The translations under genes were made by a program, and so were the position numbers. The notes below the pieces were generated by a model. It ran no database searches. It worked only from the letters and a program-made list of their open reading frames with translations, and was not told the DNA's origin. From Cyclobacteriaceae bacterium (GTDB lineage Bacteria > Bacteroidota > Bacteroidia > Cytophagales > Cyclobacteriaceae), in NCBI GenBank assembly GCA_041746855.1, contig JBGTGG010000143.1:2155-66154 (forward strand): a stretch of DNA of 64,000 bases. The letters are read 5' to 3'. Shown here in pieces: positions 47,319 through 56,429 of this stretch. Each line of letters starts with the position of its first letter. Position 1 is the first letter of the stretch.

Positions 47319-48809
47319 TCATTGATGTTCAGGTCTCAATAAATCATTCACCGTCTTTACCGGATTGAATGTAATTAACGGAACGTCCACAAAGATGGTA
47401 ATCCAATCGGCCATGGCGCCATTCCACAATCCGGGAAGTTCCTGCGCTTTTAATTCGCGTCCACTTTTTGATTTGTTGGTGATAAAACCAGTGGAAGGAT
47501 CAGTGAATTTCAGTAGATCAAATTTCTTTCCGGTATGATCACGTACCCCACAAACCAAATCCACCGGATTGAAATGCGTGGCTTGCTTCATCGCTTTTTG
47601 CGCGTTGGTATCTTTAGGGTCAAGTTGAACACTTTCGGCAATCTGCAATGCAGTGGACCCATCACTATTCTGAACCCAAAAAGGTCCACCACCGGGTTCA
47701 CCCGTATTTTTTACCATGCCGCAAACACGGATCGGGCGGTTTAGTTTTTGTAAAAGAGTATTAGCTTTTTCGGATAGGCTCAGCGCTGTAAAAGTTGAGG
47801 GAAGTTTATAGTTTAAATCTTTTTCAAGGAAACGGGTCACCTCTTCTACCAGCTCATTTGTAGGATTTGATAACTGTGAAATGTAATCAAATACCTTCGA
47901 CTGAAAATCTACCAGTACGCCCGCCAATGCTTTTTTATAAAGTACAGTTGTTTCTTTTATTCTATCGGGAACAACATTGTCGATGTTCTTTATAAAAATG
48001 ATGTCGGCATCAATTTCATTGAGATTCTCAATCAACGCGCCATGTCCAGCGGGCCTGAAAAGGAGCGAACCATCATCATCAACAAAGGGTTTGTTGTCTG
48101 TTGTAACCGCAATTGTATCGGTCGATTTTTTCTGTTGCGAAAATCCAACCTCAAACGTTACCTTAAATTGATCCTCAAAAGTTTGTTGTGCTGCTTGCGA
48201 ATGCTCTTCGAATAATTTTTGAAATTCAGGAGAAACCGTAAAATGTAATTTTACTATATCGCTTTTTCCTTTTGCATATAAGGCTCCTTCAACAAAATGT
48301 TCTTCGAGAGGTGTCCGGGAAGTCTGTTCGTATGCATGAAACTGTAACGCACCTTTTGGTAGTTGGCCATAGTCTAATCCATTTAGCAATCCGTCAATTA
48401 CTTCCTTTGCATCCGAAAGTGATTTTCCGTTTTCCGTTAAATGATTTTTTAGTGCTTCGTAAAATGCAAAGTCTTTTATATTGATCAAAAATTGCTCTAC
48501 GGATTTACTGATTTCACCTTCTTCATTTTCAAGAAATTCAAAAAGGTCTTTGAACATCCGGCTGGCGGCACCACTGGCCGGAACAAACTTTACAATCTCA
48601 AGCGCCTTGATTTTATTTTCATAAAGTGAAACATACTGCTTTACTTTATCATCCGCTAAAATTAGCACCCCATCATCCGGTGTTGCTGGCCTCACAACCG
48701 AAAGAAAAGGGAAGCCATCTATGAAATTTTGTATTTGCTTTTTTACCTGAGCCTCAGTTAAGCCCCATGACGCGATCTGTTTTTGATCGTCAGTATTTAA
48801 ATTTATCAT
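47319..48809 (-). CDS. DUF4301-like protein (nucleotidyltransferase/UGPase-like N-terminal motif; function unknown)
   Basis: 496-aa ORF with good coding character. KFVPASGAASRMFKDL resembles the glycine-rich NTP-binding loop of sugar-nucleotide pyrophosphorylases. The family name is recalled from memory and not verified. Confidence 0.5.
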   Translation of the reverse strand: MINLNTDDQKQIASWGLTEAQVKKQIQNFIDGFPFLSVVRPATPDDGVLILADDKVKQYVSLYENKIKALEIVKFVPASGAASRMFKDLFEFLENEEGEISKSVEQFLINIKDFAFYEALKNHLTENGKSLSDAKEVIDGLLNGLDYGQLPKGALQFHAYEQTSRTPLEEHFVEGALYAKGKSDIVKLHFTVSPEFQKLFEEHSQAAQQTFEDQFKVTFEVGFSQQKKSTDTIAVTTDNKPFVDDDGSLLFRPAGHGALIENLNEIDADIIFIKNIDNVVPDRIKETTVLYKKALAGVLVDFQSKVFDYISQLSNPTNELVEEVTRFLEKDLNYKLPSTFTALSLSEKANTLLQKLNRPIRVCGMVKNTGEPGGGPFWVQNSDGSTALQIAESVQLDPKDTNAQKAMKQATHFNPVDLVCGVRDHTGKKFDLLKFTDPSTGFITNKSKSGRELKAQELPGLWNGAMADWITIFVDVPLITFNPVKTVNDLLRPEHQ

Positions 48810-48934
48810 CCTTCAATTATTAATATGAACAAGTTAATCAGCCTGTAGTTTATTAAAAAGTATTGAACTATATAAACGGTAATAAATGTTACAACTTGGT
48901 TATGTAATTTTCTGCTCAAATAAACCTCCTGAAA

Positions 48935-49693
48935 ATGAAACTGTTATTTACTATATTCTCGTGTACCCTCTTTAGTTTTATTTCCTTGGCGCAACGACCT
49001 TTACCAGATCCGGTCGAGACCAAGAAAGGAAAGTTGAACATCCAGCCCATATTGCACGGTACTGTGGTCTTTACCTGGGACAATAAAACTGTGTATGTCG
49101 ACCCTTATGGCGGAGCCGAAGCTTTTAAAGGAATAGCGGCTCCTGATTTGATCCTCATTACTGATATCCATGGTGATCACATGGATTTAAAAACCCTCGC
49201 GGCCATTGAAACCCAGAAAGCAACAATAGTTGCACCGAAGGCAGTTGGGGAAAAACTTCCTGATAATCTAAAAAGTAATTTAGTGGTACTTTCAAATGGC
49301 CAAACCACCACCCAATTTGATATAAAAATCCACGCCATTCCGATGTATAACTTGCCGGAAAGCCCGGATTCACGCCATACCAAGGGGAGAGGTAATGGCT
49401 ATGTGTTGACGATGGGCGGAAAACGTATTTATCTCTCTGGTGACACCAGCGACATTCCGGAGATGCGGAAACTCAAAAATATTGATGTCGCTTTCGTTTG
49501 CATGAACTTACCGTACACAATGGACATCAATCAGGCAGCTAGTGCAGTGTTGGACTTCAAGCCAACCGTTGTTTACCCCTATCACTACCGTGGACAGGGA
49601 GGCTTGAGCGATGTGGAGGCTTTTAAGAAAATGGTCACCGATAAAAACACCAGGATTGAAGTTCGTTTAGCGAATTGGTATCCCCAATACTGA
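48935..49693 (+). CDS. Secreted MBL-fold metallo-hydrolase
   Basis: Signal peptide, then LILITDIHGDHMD (HxHxDH-type motif variant), then YLSGDT. Size and pattern match the UPF0173-like MBL proteins. Confidence 0.7.
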   Translation: MKLLFTIFSCTLFSFISLAQRPLPDPVETKKGKLNIQPILHGTVVFTWDNKTVYVDPYGGAEAFKGIAAPDLILITDIHGDHMDLKTLAAIETQKATIVAPKAVGEKLPDNLKSNLVVLSNGQTTTQFDIKIHAIPMYNLPESPDSRHTKGRGNGYVLTMGGKRIYLSGDTSDIPEMRKLKNIDVAFVCMNLPYTMDINQAASAVLDFKPTVVYPYHYRGQGGLSDVEAFKKMVTDKNTRIEVRLANWYPQY

Positions 49694-49769
49694 TATTGAT
49701 CATTGTAAGATTGTGGCTAATTCATAACTTTGCAACTCAAAAATTCGAAGTTGTAATTCCTAAAAATGT

Positions 49770-50645
49770 ATGGATTTAAGTTTGCAGATTGATCAGGTTG
49801 ACCATTCAGATATTACCGTTGAGGAATTTCGTAAAAACTATTTAAATCAAGGGAAACCTTTGTTGATTAAGGGATTTGCCAAAGATTTTCCTGCCGGGGA
49901 ATTATGGACTTTCGATTACTTCAAAGAAAAGATGGGTGATTTTGAAGTTGGTATTTTTGACAACTCAAAGAAAAGTACTTCAACCTATGTGAAGCCGGAT
50001 TTGTACATGAAGATTTCAAAGTTTTTGGACATCATCCAGAAGGACGAGGAGACACCCTATCGGATTTTCTTATTCAACATGTTCAAAGAGTTTCCAGAAC
50101 TGCGAAAAGAGTTTCCCACCCCACCACATGCAAAAGGAATATTGGGTGATTTAGGCCTTGCTTTTTTTGGTGGTAAAAACACCAACGTCCGCGTTCACTT
50201 TGATATCGATTGCTCAAGCGTACTCATGACGCAGTTTATAGGCAGAAAACGTGTGGTACTTATTGGGCCGGAATACGAGACCCTTTTTTATAAATTACCT
50301 TTCTCTGGTTTTTCGATAGTAGATATTGAGAAACCGGATTATGAGAAATTCCCAGGCTTGAAGTATGTGAAAGGATATGACTTTGTGATGGATCCGGGCG
50401 ATGCCCTTTTCATGCCCAGTCGCTATTGGCATTACAACACCTACCTCGAAGGAGGCATGGCTGTTTCCTACAGGGTAATTGCCAATCAACCCGTAAGTGT
50501 CTACAACGGGGTGATGAATACATCGTTTCGGTTGATGTATGACAAAATGATGGGCAAAGTATTGAAAGATAAATGGGTAGATAGGAAAATAGCAAAAGCT
50601 ATCGCAAAAGCTGATCGCGAAATACAAAGTTTAGCAATTAAGTGA
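49770..50645 (+). CDS. JmjC/cupin-8-like protein (putative Fe(II)/2-oxoglutarate-dependent oxygenase)
   Basis: The N-terminus EEFRKNYLNQGKPLLIKGFAKDFPAGELWTFDYFKEKMGD is typical of cupin_8/JmjC proteins. Candidate metal ligands are in VRVHFDID (HxD) and WHYNTYLEG (distal His). Confidence 0.65.
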   Translation: MDLSLQIDQVDHSDITVEEFRKNYLNQGKPLLIKGFAKDFPAGELWTFDYFKEKMGDFEVGIFDNSKKSTSTYVKPDLYMKISKFLDIIQKDEETPYRIFLFNMFKEFPELRKEFPTPPHAKGILGDLGLAFFGGKNTNVRVHFDIDCSSVLMTQFIGRKRVVLIGPEYETLFYKLPFSGFSIVDIEKPDYEKFPGLKYVKGYDFVMDPGDALFMPSRYWHYNTYLEGGMAVSYRVIANQPVSVYNGVMNTSFRLMYDKMMGKVLKDKWVDRKIAKAIAKADREIQSLAIK

Positions 50646-50819
50646 TGTAATTCTGGCTACCGGCAGCAGCTGCTCCCAAATGACCGGATGTGCTGGTGAT
50701 TTTATTGCAATTTCCCATTCCTTGTTTGTAGGGGTATTGGAGTTTTTGAATTCAGAAGTTACAGGTTTTTAGTTATAAGTTTTTAGGTTTGCCAGGAAAC
50801 GATCAACTACCCAAATAAC

Positions 50820-51425
50820 CTAACGTTTAGTGTCTATCACTTTATTTCTTTCAGAATATCTCAACAGAATGGTAAGAGCCATCGTCTTTAGTTCCTCCAA
50901 ATCCATTATTGGAAAATTTGTTTCTTTCGCTTGCTCATCCCAATGCCGCATTTTAATACTTGTTTCAAACAATGCATCATTTTCAAAGTCGGCTGCTTCT
51001 TCGGATGTCATTACACCACCCTGGTATTTCAGTGTTTTTTTACTTGCTTCACTCAGGTTGTTTAGGTAGGCAGCATCTTTTAATGTGAGATACCGCTTCG
51101 CTTGTACATGGTTCTCAATCAATTTGGCCATTCGCTCAGGAAATCCTTTCTCACGGATAAAATCTGCACCAATTTTCTCATGGCTTTTGATTCCGAATCC
51201 ACCCATTTCATTGCTACTATTTTTTTCTTCGCAGAGATGACCAATATCATGGAAGAAAGCAGCAAGAACAACTTCGTTATCAAATCCATCAGCAATAGCC
51301 AACTGCGCGGATTGTGACATGTGCTCCAATTGTGATACGGGTTCTCCGATATAATCCTCATCACCAAATTTTTGATAGAGATCAAAAATTTCTTCCACTT
51401 TTTCTGAAATTGTTTTTTCCATCAT
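50820..51425 (-). CDS. PhnZ-like HD-domain protein (phosphonate-degradation-associated mixed-valent di-iron oxygenase family)
   Basis: The sequence FGDEDYIGEPVSQLEHMSQSAQLAIADGFDNEVVLAAFFHDIGHL matches the Y.GE.VSQLEH..Q.A..A......E.V.AA..HD.GH signature I recall for the phosphonate-operon HD family (PhnZ/TmpB type). Additional His residues lie in SHEKIGADF and ENHVQAKRY. Confidence 0.65.
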   Translation of the reverse strand: MMEKTISEKVEEIFDLYQKFGDEDYIGEPVSQLEHMSQSAQLAIADGFDNEVVLAAFFHDIGHLCEEKNSSNEMGGFGIKSHEKIGADFIREKGFPERMAKLIENHVQAKRYLTLKDAAYLNNLSEASKKTLKYQGGVMTSEEAADFENDALFETSIKMRHWDEQAKETNFPIMDLEELKTMALTILLRYSERNKVIDTKR

Positions 51426-51569
51426 TTTTATTTTTTATGAAGGTATAGAAAATAGAAAGGGATTAGTTTACGGAAATGTTAATTCAGTAGATCAGAAATT
51501 AAAATAGCCATCATAGAAAAAATGTGTATCCTGCTGGCGAGGGATGTACATTGCATAAATTTTATTGTA

Positions 51570-52271
51570 ATGGAAATAGAACTGGTTGTGTTTGATCTGG
51601 CGGGTACCACCGTTAAAGATAATAATGATGTACATCGGATATTGCAATATGCTTTTGCATTAAACAATATCGAGATATCAATCGCAGATGCAAATTCCGT
51701 GATGGGAATCCCAAAACCTGTTGCGATAAACAATTTGTTGAACCTGCGATATCATGGTAATGGGCCGATAACCCAAGCATGGATCGAAGATATCCACCAC
51801 ACCTTTGTAAAAGAGATGATTTCATTTTATGAGCACGATCCGCGTGTTGGTGAGAAAGAAGGTGTAACCGATACCTTTCGTGAACTTAGAAACCATGGGA
51901 TTAAAGTTTTTGTTGATACTGGTTTTGACCGGCCAATTGTGGCTCCGTTACTGGATCGACTTGGGTGGGAGAAAAACAATCTGATTGACGGTAGCGTTAC
52001 CAGTGATGAAGTAAAGCAAGGCAGACCTTATCCTGATTTAGTATTTAAAGCAATGGGAATGGCAGGTGTAACCGATTCAAAAAAAGTTGCCAAGGTAGGG
52101 GACACCGTTTCTGATCTTGAAGAGGGAATAGCTGCCGGTTGTGGATTGGTGATTGGGGTTACTTCCGGTGCGTTTTCGTATGATGAGTTGAACGAGAGTA
52201 AACACACACACTTGATTGAAAATATTTCGGAGGTGTTGGAGATTTTGAAAATTTCTTCCGTTAAACTTTAA
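51570..52271 (+). CDS. Phosphonatase-like HAD hydrolase (PhnX / PhnX-like, phosphonoacetaldehyde-type C-P hydrolase)
   Basis: HAD motif I is the unusual DxAGT form (VVFDLAGTTV). The cap-domain Lys sits in the context MGIPKPVAI. Arg replaces the usual Lys in GRPYPD. Motif IV is VGDTVSDLEEG. These are the distinguishing features of the PhnX clade. I prefer the ATG at 51570. Confidence 0.7.
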   Translation: MEIELVVFDLAGTTVKDNNDVHRILQYAFALNNIEISIADANSVMGIPKPVAINNLLNLRYHGNGPITQAWIEDIHHTFVKEMISFYEHDPRVGEKEGVTDTFRELRNHGIKVFVDTGFDRPIVAPLLDRLGWEKNNLIDGSVTSDEVKQGRPYPDLVFKAMGMAGVTDSKKVAKVGDTVSDLEEGIAAGCGLVIGVTSGAFSYDELNESKHTHLIENISEVLEILKISSVKL

Positions 52272-52319
52272 GTTAGATTACTAAATTGTTACCTTCATGT
52301 TAATTTAAGATTAACATGA

Positions 52320-52910
52320 ATGCGGGCGTTGGTTATCATATTCTTTCTTTTCTGGTCGCTTGCTGCTAAGGCAGACTCAAGCGCAATAAAATGGTACAAG
52401 GGTTCAGTGGTGCTTGCCACGCAGGAAGTTTATGTTGGTGATTTATACATCGAAAATCAATTTGACATAGTTTTAGTAAAGGAGGATTCGAAAGTCAAAG
52501 TACTTCCTGCACATAAAGTACATGCTGTTTACTTCTATGATTCCATCGAAAACATTAACCGCAAGTTTATTTCTGTTCCTGAACAAAGGGAGGCCTATCA
52601 TTCTTATAGGTTGTATGAGATTGTTTTAAAAGGAGAGGTGAATGTGCTTCGTAGGGAAAAAAGTTTTTCTGATAATCAACGTGAAGAATATAATGCTGAT
52701 GGGTTTCTCTATTATATTCACTGGAACGAAAGAATTACCACGCTTAGGAGATTTCGGGCTGATATTTTTCCAAAACTAGCTGATTCAAAACCAGCAATAA
52801 ATGCATATATCCGCGATCAGAAATTGAACAGTAATCTGGAAAGCGATGCCATTCGAATCATTGATTTTTATAATCATCTCGCCAACGATGAGGTTATTGC
52901 ATCGCGATAG
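52320..52910 (+). CDS. Hypothetical secreted protein
   Basis: Signal peptide MRALVIIFFLFWSLAAKA. I recognise no family. The 3' end overlaps the convergent transporter gene by 17 nt. Confidence 0.45.
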   Translation: MRALVIIFFLFWSLAAKADSSAIKWYKGSVVLATQEVYVGDLYIENQFDIVLVKEDSKVKVLPAHKVHAVYFYDSIENINRKFISVPEQREAYHSYRLYEIVLKGEVNVLRREKSFSDNQREEYNADGFLYYIHWNERITTLRRFRADIFPKLADSKPAINAYIRDQKLNSNLESDAIRIIDFYNHLANDEVIASR

Positions 52911-54210
52911 CTGGAACCTCCGGTTTAGACTGATTTTGATATTTAAAATGAAAGTATAGCATTGAACCTAGAATCAATGTGGTTCCAGCGATGGAAATAA
53001 TATACCCTGAGGAAATAAAGACGGATAACCAACTCAGGTTATGATAGCCAAATTCTTTAAAGAGCACAATGCTTACGCTTCCTAAATAACCAAACGAATC
53101 GGCTACGTACATAATGAAACCAACCGTTCCAACATACTGGAAGGATGCAATCAAGCGATCAAAAAATATGCTGTTGAATGGAACATAGGCCATGTAAAGT
53201 CCTAAGCCAATCAGGATCATCCATTGTATTGCGTCAAGGATATGCTGTTCAAAGAGTAAGGTTGCAAATCCGATTAACAACATACCGACACCAATGAGGA
53301 TGTGATTGATCATTAGTGCAAGCTGATTGTTTTTGATCAGCATTAAGCTTCCCATTATAACTAAGACAGCAATCGAAATGGGTATTTCGGTAGTGGTGAA
53401 AATTTCAGGAGAGTTTCCATAGCCGAGTGTGGTCCACACTTCAGCAGAAAAATTGTCGCGGAAGTCGCGGAATATGGTGAGTAGAATGTAGCAGAGAACA
53501 AAAAGGATAATTCCCGGCAAAAAAGTGGTGATGAATTTTTTGCGTTCATTTTTATCCATCGGCATGCGCTTGGTACGAAGTTCCTCATCCTTCAATGAAG
53601 GAGGAGGAACTTTCTCCAGAAGGAACAAAAATACAAGCAGGGGAACAATGAATATACAACATGCGACAAACGGCATCCAGGTTTCGCTCACATTCCAATC
53701 GCGGATAAGATATGCACCCGTTGATCGACAAAGCCCTGATGAGAAAATAAAACTTACTGATAAAGCGGCTCCGAGTACTTCTGTCATCCTTCTTCCCTCC
53801 AAATACGCAAAGATCATTCCCCACACCATGCCAAGTGGCAAGCCATTCGTGAAAAGGAAAATAATATTGTAGGGAGCAGGCACTAGTCCAAACAACAACC
53901 ATGAAATACCCGCAATGGCGATCATCAATAAAATTCCCTGGGCTCTTGATTGTGTTTTCAATTCTGAAATTACTTTGATCCCAATAAATTTAGAGAGACC
54001 GTACCCTAGGATTTGGGCAATCACCAACCAGGATTTATAATCAATCCCCCAAAACGAAAGCCCTTCGAATGTTGTTGCGGCAAAAGTTTTGCGAAATGCA
54101 TACACACAGGTGTATAAGCAGAAAGCTGAAAGCGCAGTAAAAATCGTAAACCAAATAGAATGCCTGGTTCGTAACCAACGTGTTATGAAGTGTTCAGAAA
54201 GTAAGACCAT
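52894..54210 (-). CDS. 12-TM MFS-like inner-membrane transporter (family uncertain; candidate aminophosphonate importer)
   Basis: I count 6+6 hydrophobic helices separated by a charged central loop (EKVPPPSLKDEELRTKRMPMDKNERKKF), which is the MFS-type topology. The 17-nt overlap with the upstream PHP gene indicates an operon. Confidence 0.6.
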   Translation of the reverse strand: MVLLSEHFITRWLRTRHSIWFTIFTALSAFCLYTCVYAFRKTFAATTFEGLSFWGIDYKSWLVIAQILGYGLSKFIGIKVISELKTQSRAQGILLMIAIAGISWLLFGLVPAPYNIIFLFTNGLPLGMVWGMIFAYLEGRRMTEVLGAALSVSFIFSSGLCRSTGAYLIRDWNVSETWMPFVACCIFIVPLLVFLFLLEKVPPPSLKDEELRTKRMPMDKNERKKFITTFLPGIILFVLCYILLTIFRDFRDNFSAEVWTTLGYGNSPEIFTTTEIPISIAVLVIMGSLMLIKNNQLALMINHILIGVGMLLIGFATLLFEQHILDAIQWMILIGLGLYMAYVPFNSIFFDRLIASFQYVGTVGFIMYVADSFGYLGSVSIVLFKEFGYHNLSWLSVFISSGYIISIAGTTLILGSMLYFHFKYQNQSKPEVPAIAMQ

Positions 54211-55051
54211 TGGGAGTGAAGTTGGTTGGTGTCCATTTTCCTTCCTTCAATACAGATAGTTTTCTAAATCCTATTGCATAGAGTAATTCAGCAGTATGTT
54301 CGAAACAATTGATAAGATCATCAGGACGATGTGCATCTGAACTCAACGTGATCGGTATATTTCTTTTATGGATTTCATCCAATATACATGGACTTGGATA
54401 AGGTGTAATGGATTTGTTTTGATAAAGTCCGCGGGTATTTACTTCTACGATAGTACCCGCTTGTTCGATCACATCCAGCGTCCTTCTGAATTCTTCGCGA
54501 TACCAGCCATCCGATTCCTCAAAAAGTTTGTTGTTGATATTTTGGATTTTGATTTTATCAAGATGCCCGACCACATCAGGTCTTGCTATTTCAATCATCT
54601 CCCGGGTAAGCTCCTGATAATGCCTAACAACATCCTGAATATTGTTTCTGAAAATATTTTCGAAGCCATTTAAAAACGAGCTATGCGATCCGTCTATTTC
54701 CCAGGGACTTCCATCTTCATGTGAATTCACAAAATGGATAGACCCGATGGTATAGTCGAGTAGCATTTTAAAATCCTTTGGTGAGATTACACCCGGGATG
54801 TAATCGATTTCCATTCCAGCATATATTTCTATTTCTTGATTGCTGGCTTTCAGGAGATTGATTTCATGAATGTATTCAGCAACATGATTGGCATTCATAC
54901 ACCACGTGCAACTAAATGGCAACGGTGCATGCGATGAGAAACCAATGCTATGCATATTAATATTTAATGCCTGCTCAATATAATCGTGTAAGGAACGCTG
55001 CCCGTCACAATAGCGACTGTGCGTATGAAAGTTTGACCACATGGCGGGCAA
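54194..55051 (-). CDS. PHP-domain phosphoesterase (HisJ/histidinol-phosphatase family)
   Basis: The N-terminus WSNFHTHSRYCDG (HxH metal site), plus GFSSHAP, GSIHF, VGHLD and the C-terminal SSDAH, form the typical PHP metal-ligand series. Confidence 0.8.
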   Translation of the reverse strand: MPAMWSNFHTHSRYCDGQRSLHDYIEQALNINMHSIGFSSHAPLPFSCTWCMNANHVAEYIHEINLLKASNQEIEIYAGMEIDYIPGVISPKDFKMLLDYTIGSIHFVNSHEDGSPWEIDGSHSSFLNGFENIFRNNIQDVVRHYQELTREMIEIARPDVVGHLDKIKIQNINNKLFEESDGWYREEFRRTLDVIEQAGTIVEVNTRGLYQNKSITPYPSPCILDEIHKRNIPITLSSDAHRPDDLINCFEHTAELLYAIGFRKLSVLKEGKWTPTNFTPNGLTF

Positions 55052-55176
55052 TTTCGATTTTTGGTTTTGTAACTAAAACAGCAAACAGTAAGCTTAACAA
55101 AAGGATAACCTGGCCACATTGTTCTGCATTTTCTTTACCTTAATCTTTGAAGTACTTTTTAAAACGAAGAAAAATT

Positions 55177-56304
55177 ATGGAACGCTCAGCAGATATCGCC
55201 ATTGTAGGCGCAGGTATTGTAGGACTTGCACATGCTTACATGGCGCTAAAGAAAGGGTATAAAGTGGTGTTGTTTGAGCGTGATCAATTTGCTGTTGGTG
55301 CTTCCATTAGAAACTTTGGATTACTGTGGCCAATCGGTCAAGAACCCGAAATCAATTTGGACCGAGCACTACGGAGTAGGAAACATTGGATGGACATTGC
55401 CGCTCAAGCCGGATTTTGGCTCAATCAAAATGGATCTCTTCATGTTGTGTACCACGATGATGAATGGGAAGTATTACAGGAGTTCATGGAATTATACCGC
55501 GGAACTGCATTTGAATGTAAACTTTTAAATGCGGACGAAGTACTTGTTAAATCCCCACATGTAAAACGTGAAGGATTAAAAGGAGGACTTTGGAGCGCAA
55601 CCGAAGGAACCGTTTATTCGCGTGAAGCAGTTCGTAGAATTCCGCAATGGTTGGAAGGGAAGTTCGGATTGATCTTAAAGTTCGGGCATGTTGTTACTTC
55701 TATTTCATTACCTACCGTTACCACAGCCAGGGAAACCTGGAAGGTTGATAAAGTATTTGTTTGCAGTGGTGCAGATTTCGAAACCTTGTACCCGGAAGTT
55801 TATGATCAGCAACCCGTTTCAAAATGCAAATTACAAATGATAAAAGCGGTTTCGGATCGGAAAATAGAGCTTGGCCCTTCACTCTGTGCCGGGCTTACGC
55901 TTCGTCATTATGCAGCCTTTACAAAATGTCCTTCGCTGCGAAAAGTCGATGCGCGCTATGATTTGGAATCATCCGATTATAAAAAGCATGGTGTACATGT
56001 GCTGTTGGCGCAAAACGCGCAAGGTGAATTCATTATTGGTGATTCGCATCACTATAGTAAAACGGTTGAGCCTTTTGATTTCGAGGAAGTGAATTCAATT
56101 ATTCTGGATTACCTACAGTCTTTTGTTGATTTAGGTAAGTTGACCATTACCGAACGATGGAATGGTGTTTATCCTAAAATACAAGGGAACACAAACATGG
56201 TGGTTGAACCCGAGCCGGGTGTTACCATTGTAAATGGACTAGGTGGAGCGGGTATGACATTAAGCTTCGGACTTGCTGAAGAGCATATCAATGCTTTGGG
56301 ATAG
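55177..56304 (+). CDS. FAD-dependent oxidoreductase (DAO family; amine/aminophosphonate oxidase-like)
   Basis: The dinucleotide fold is ADIAIVGAGIVGLAHAYMALKKGYKVVLFER, followed by ASIRNFGLLWPIGQ, and the C-terminus is GLGGAGMTLSFGLAEE. The context next to a PhnX-like hydrolase matches what I recall of the phosphonatase-associated FAD oxidoreductase clade. I prefer the ATG at 55177. Confidence 0.7.
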   Translation: MERSADIAIVGAGIVGLAHAYMALKKGYKVVLFERDQFAVGASIRNFGLLWPIGQEPEINLDRALRSRKHWMDIAAQAGFWLNQNGSLHVVYHDDEWEVLQEFMELYRGTAFECKLLNADEVLVKSPHVKREGLKGGLWSATEGTVYSREAVRRIPQWLEGKFGLILKFGHVVTSISLPTVTTARETWKVDKVFVCSGADFETLYPEVYDQQPVSKCKLQMIKAVSDRKIELGPSLCAGLTLRHYAAFTKCPSLRKVDARYDLESSDYKKHGVHVLLAQNAQGEFIIGDSHHYSKTVEPFDFEEVNSIILDYLQSFVDLGKLTITERWNGVYPKIQGNTNMVVEPEPGVTIVNGLGGAGMTLSFGLAEEHINALG

Positions 56305-56429
56305 TCAACGTCCCTAATATAACATACTGTCAGTGAGTTTATCGAAACCTTTTTGGTTGACTCCGAAACTGCCTTCTATCCTGCTAGCTATCGGGAGGGG
56401 CTGATCTATAAAATTGATTTTTTTGTCTT

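Noticed and set aside
50665-50674. 10-bp perfect palindrome AGCAGCTGCT in the JmjC / PhnZ-like convergent spacer
   Set aside because: It is too short to distinguish from chance and contains a common PvuII-type core. There is no flanking stem extension or U-tract.
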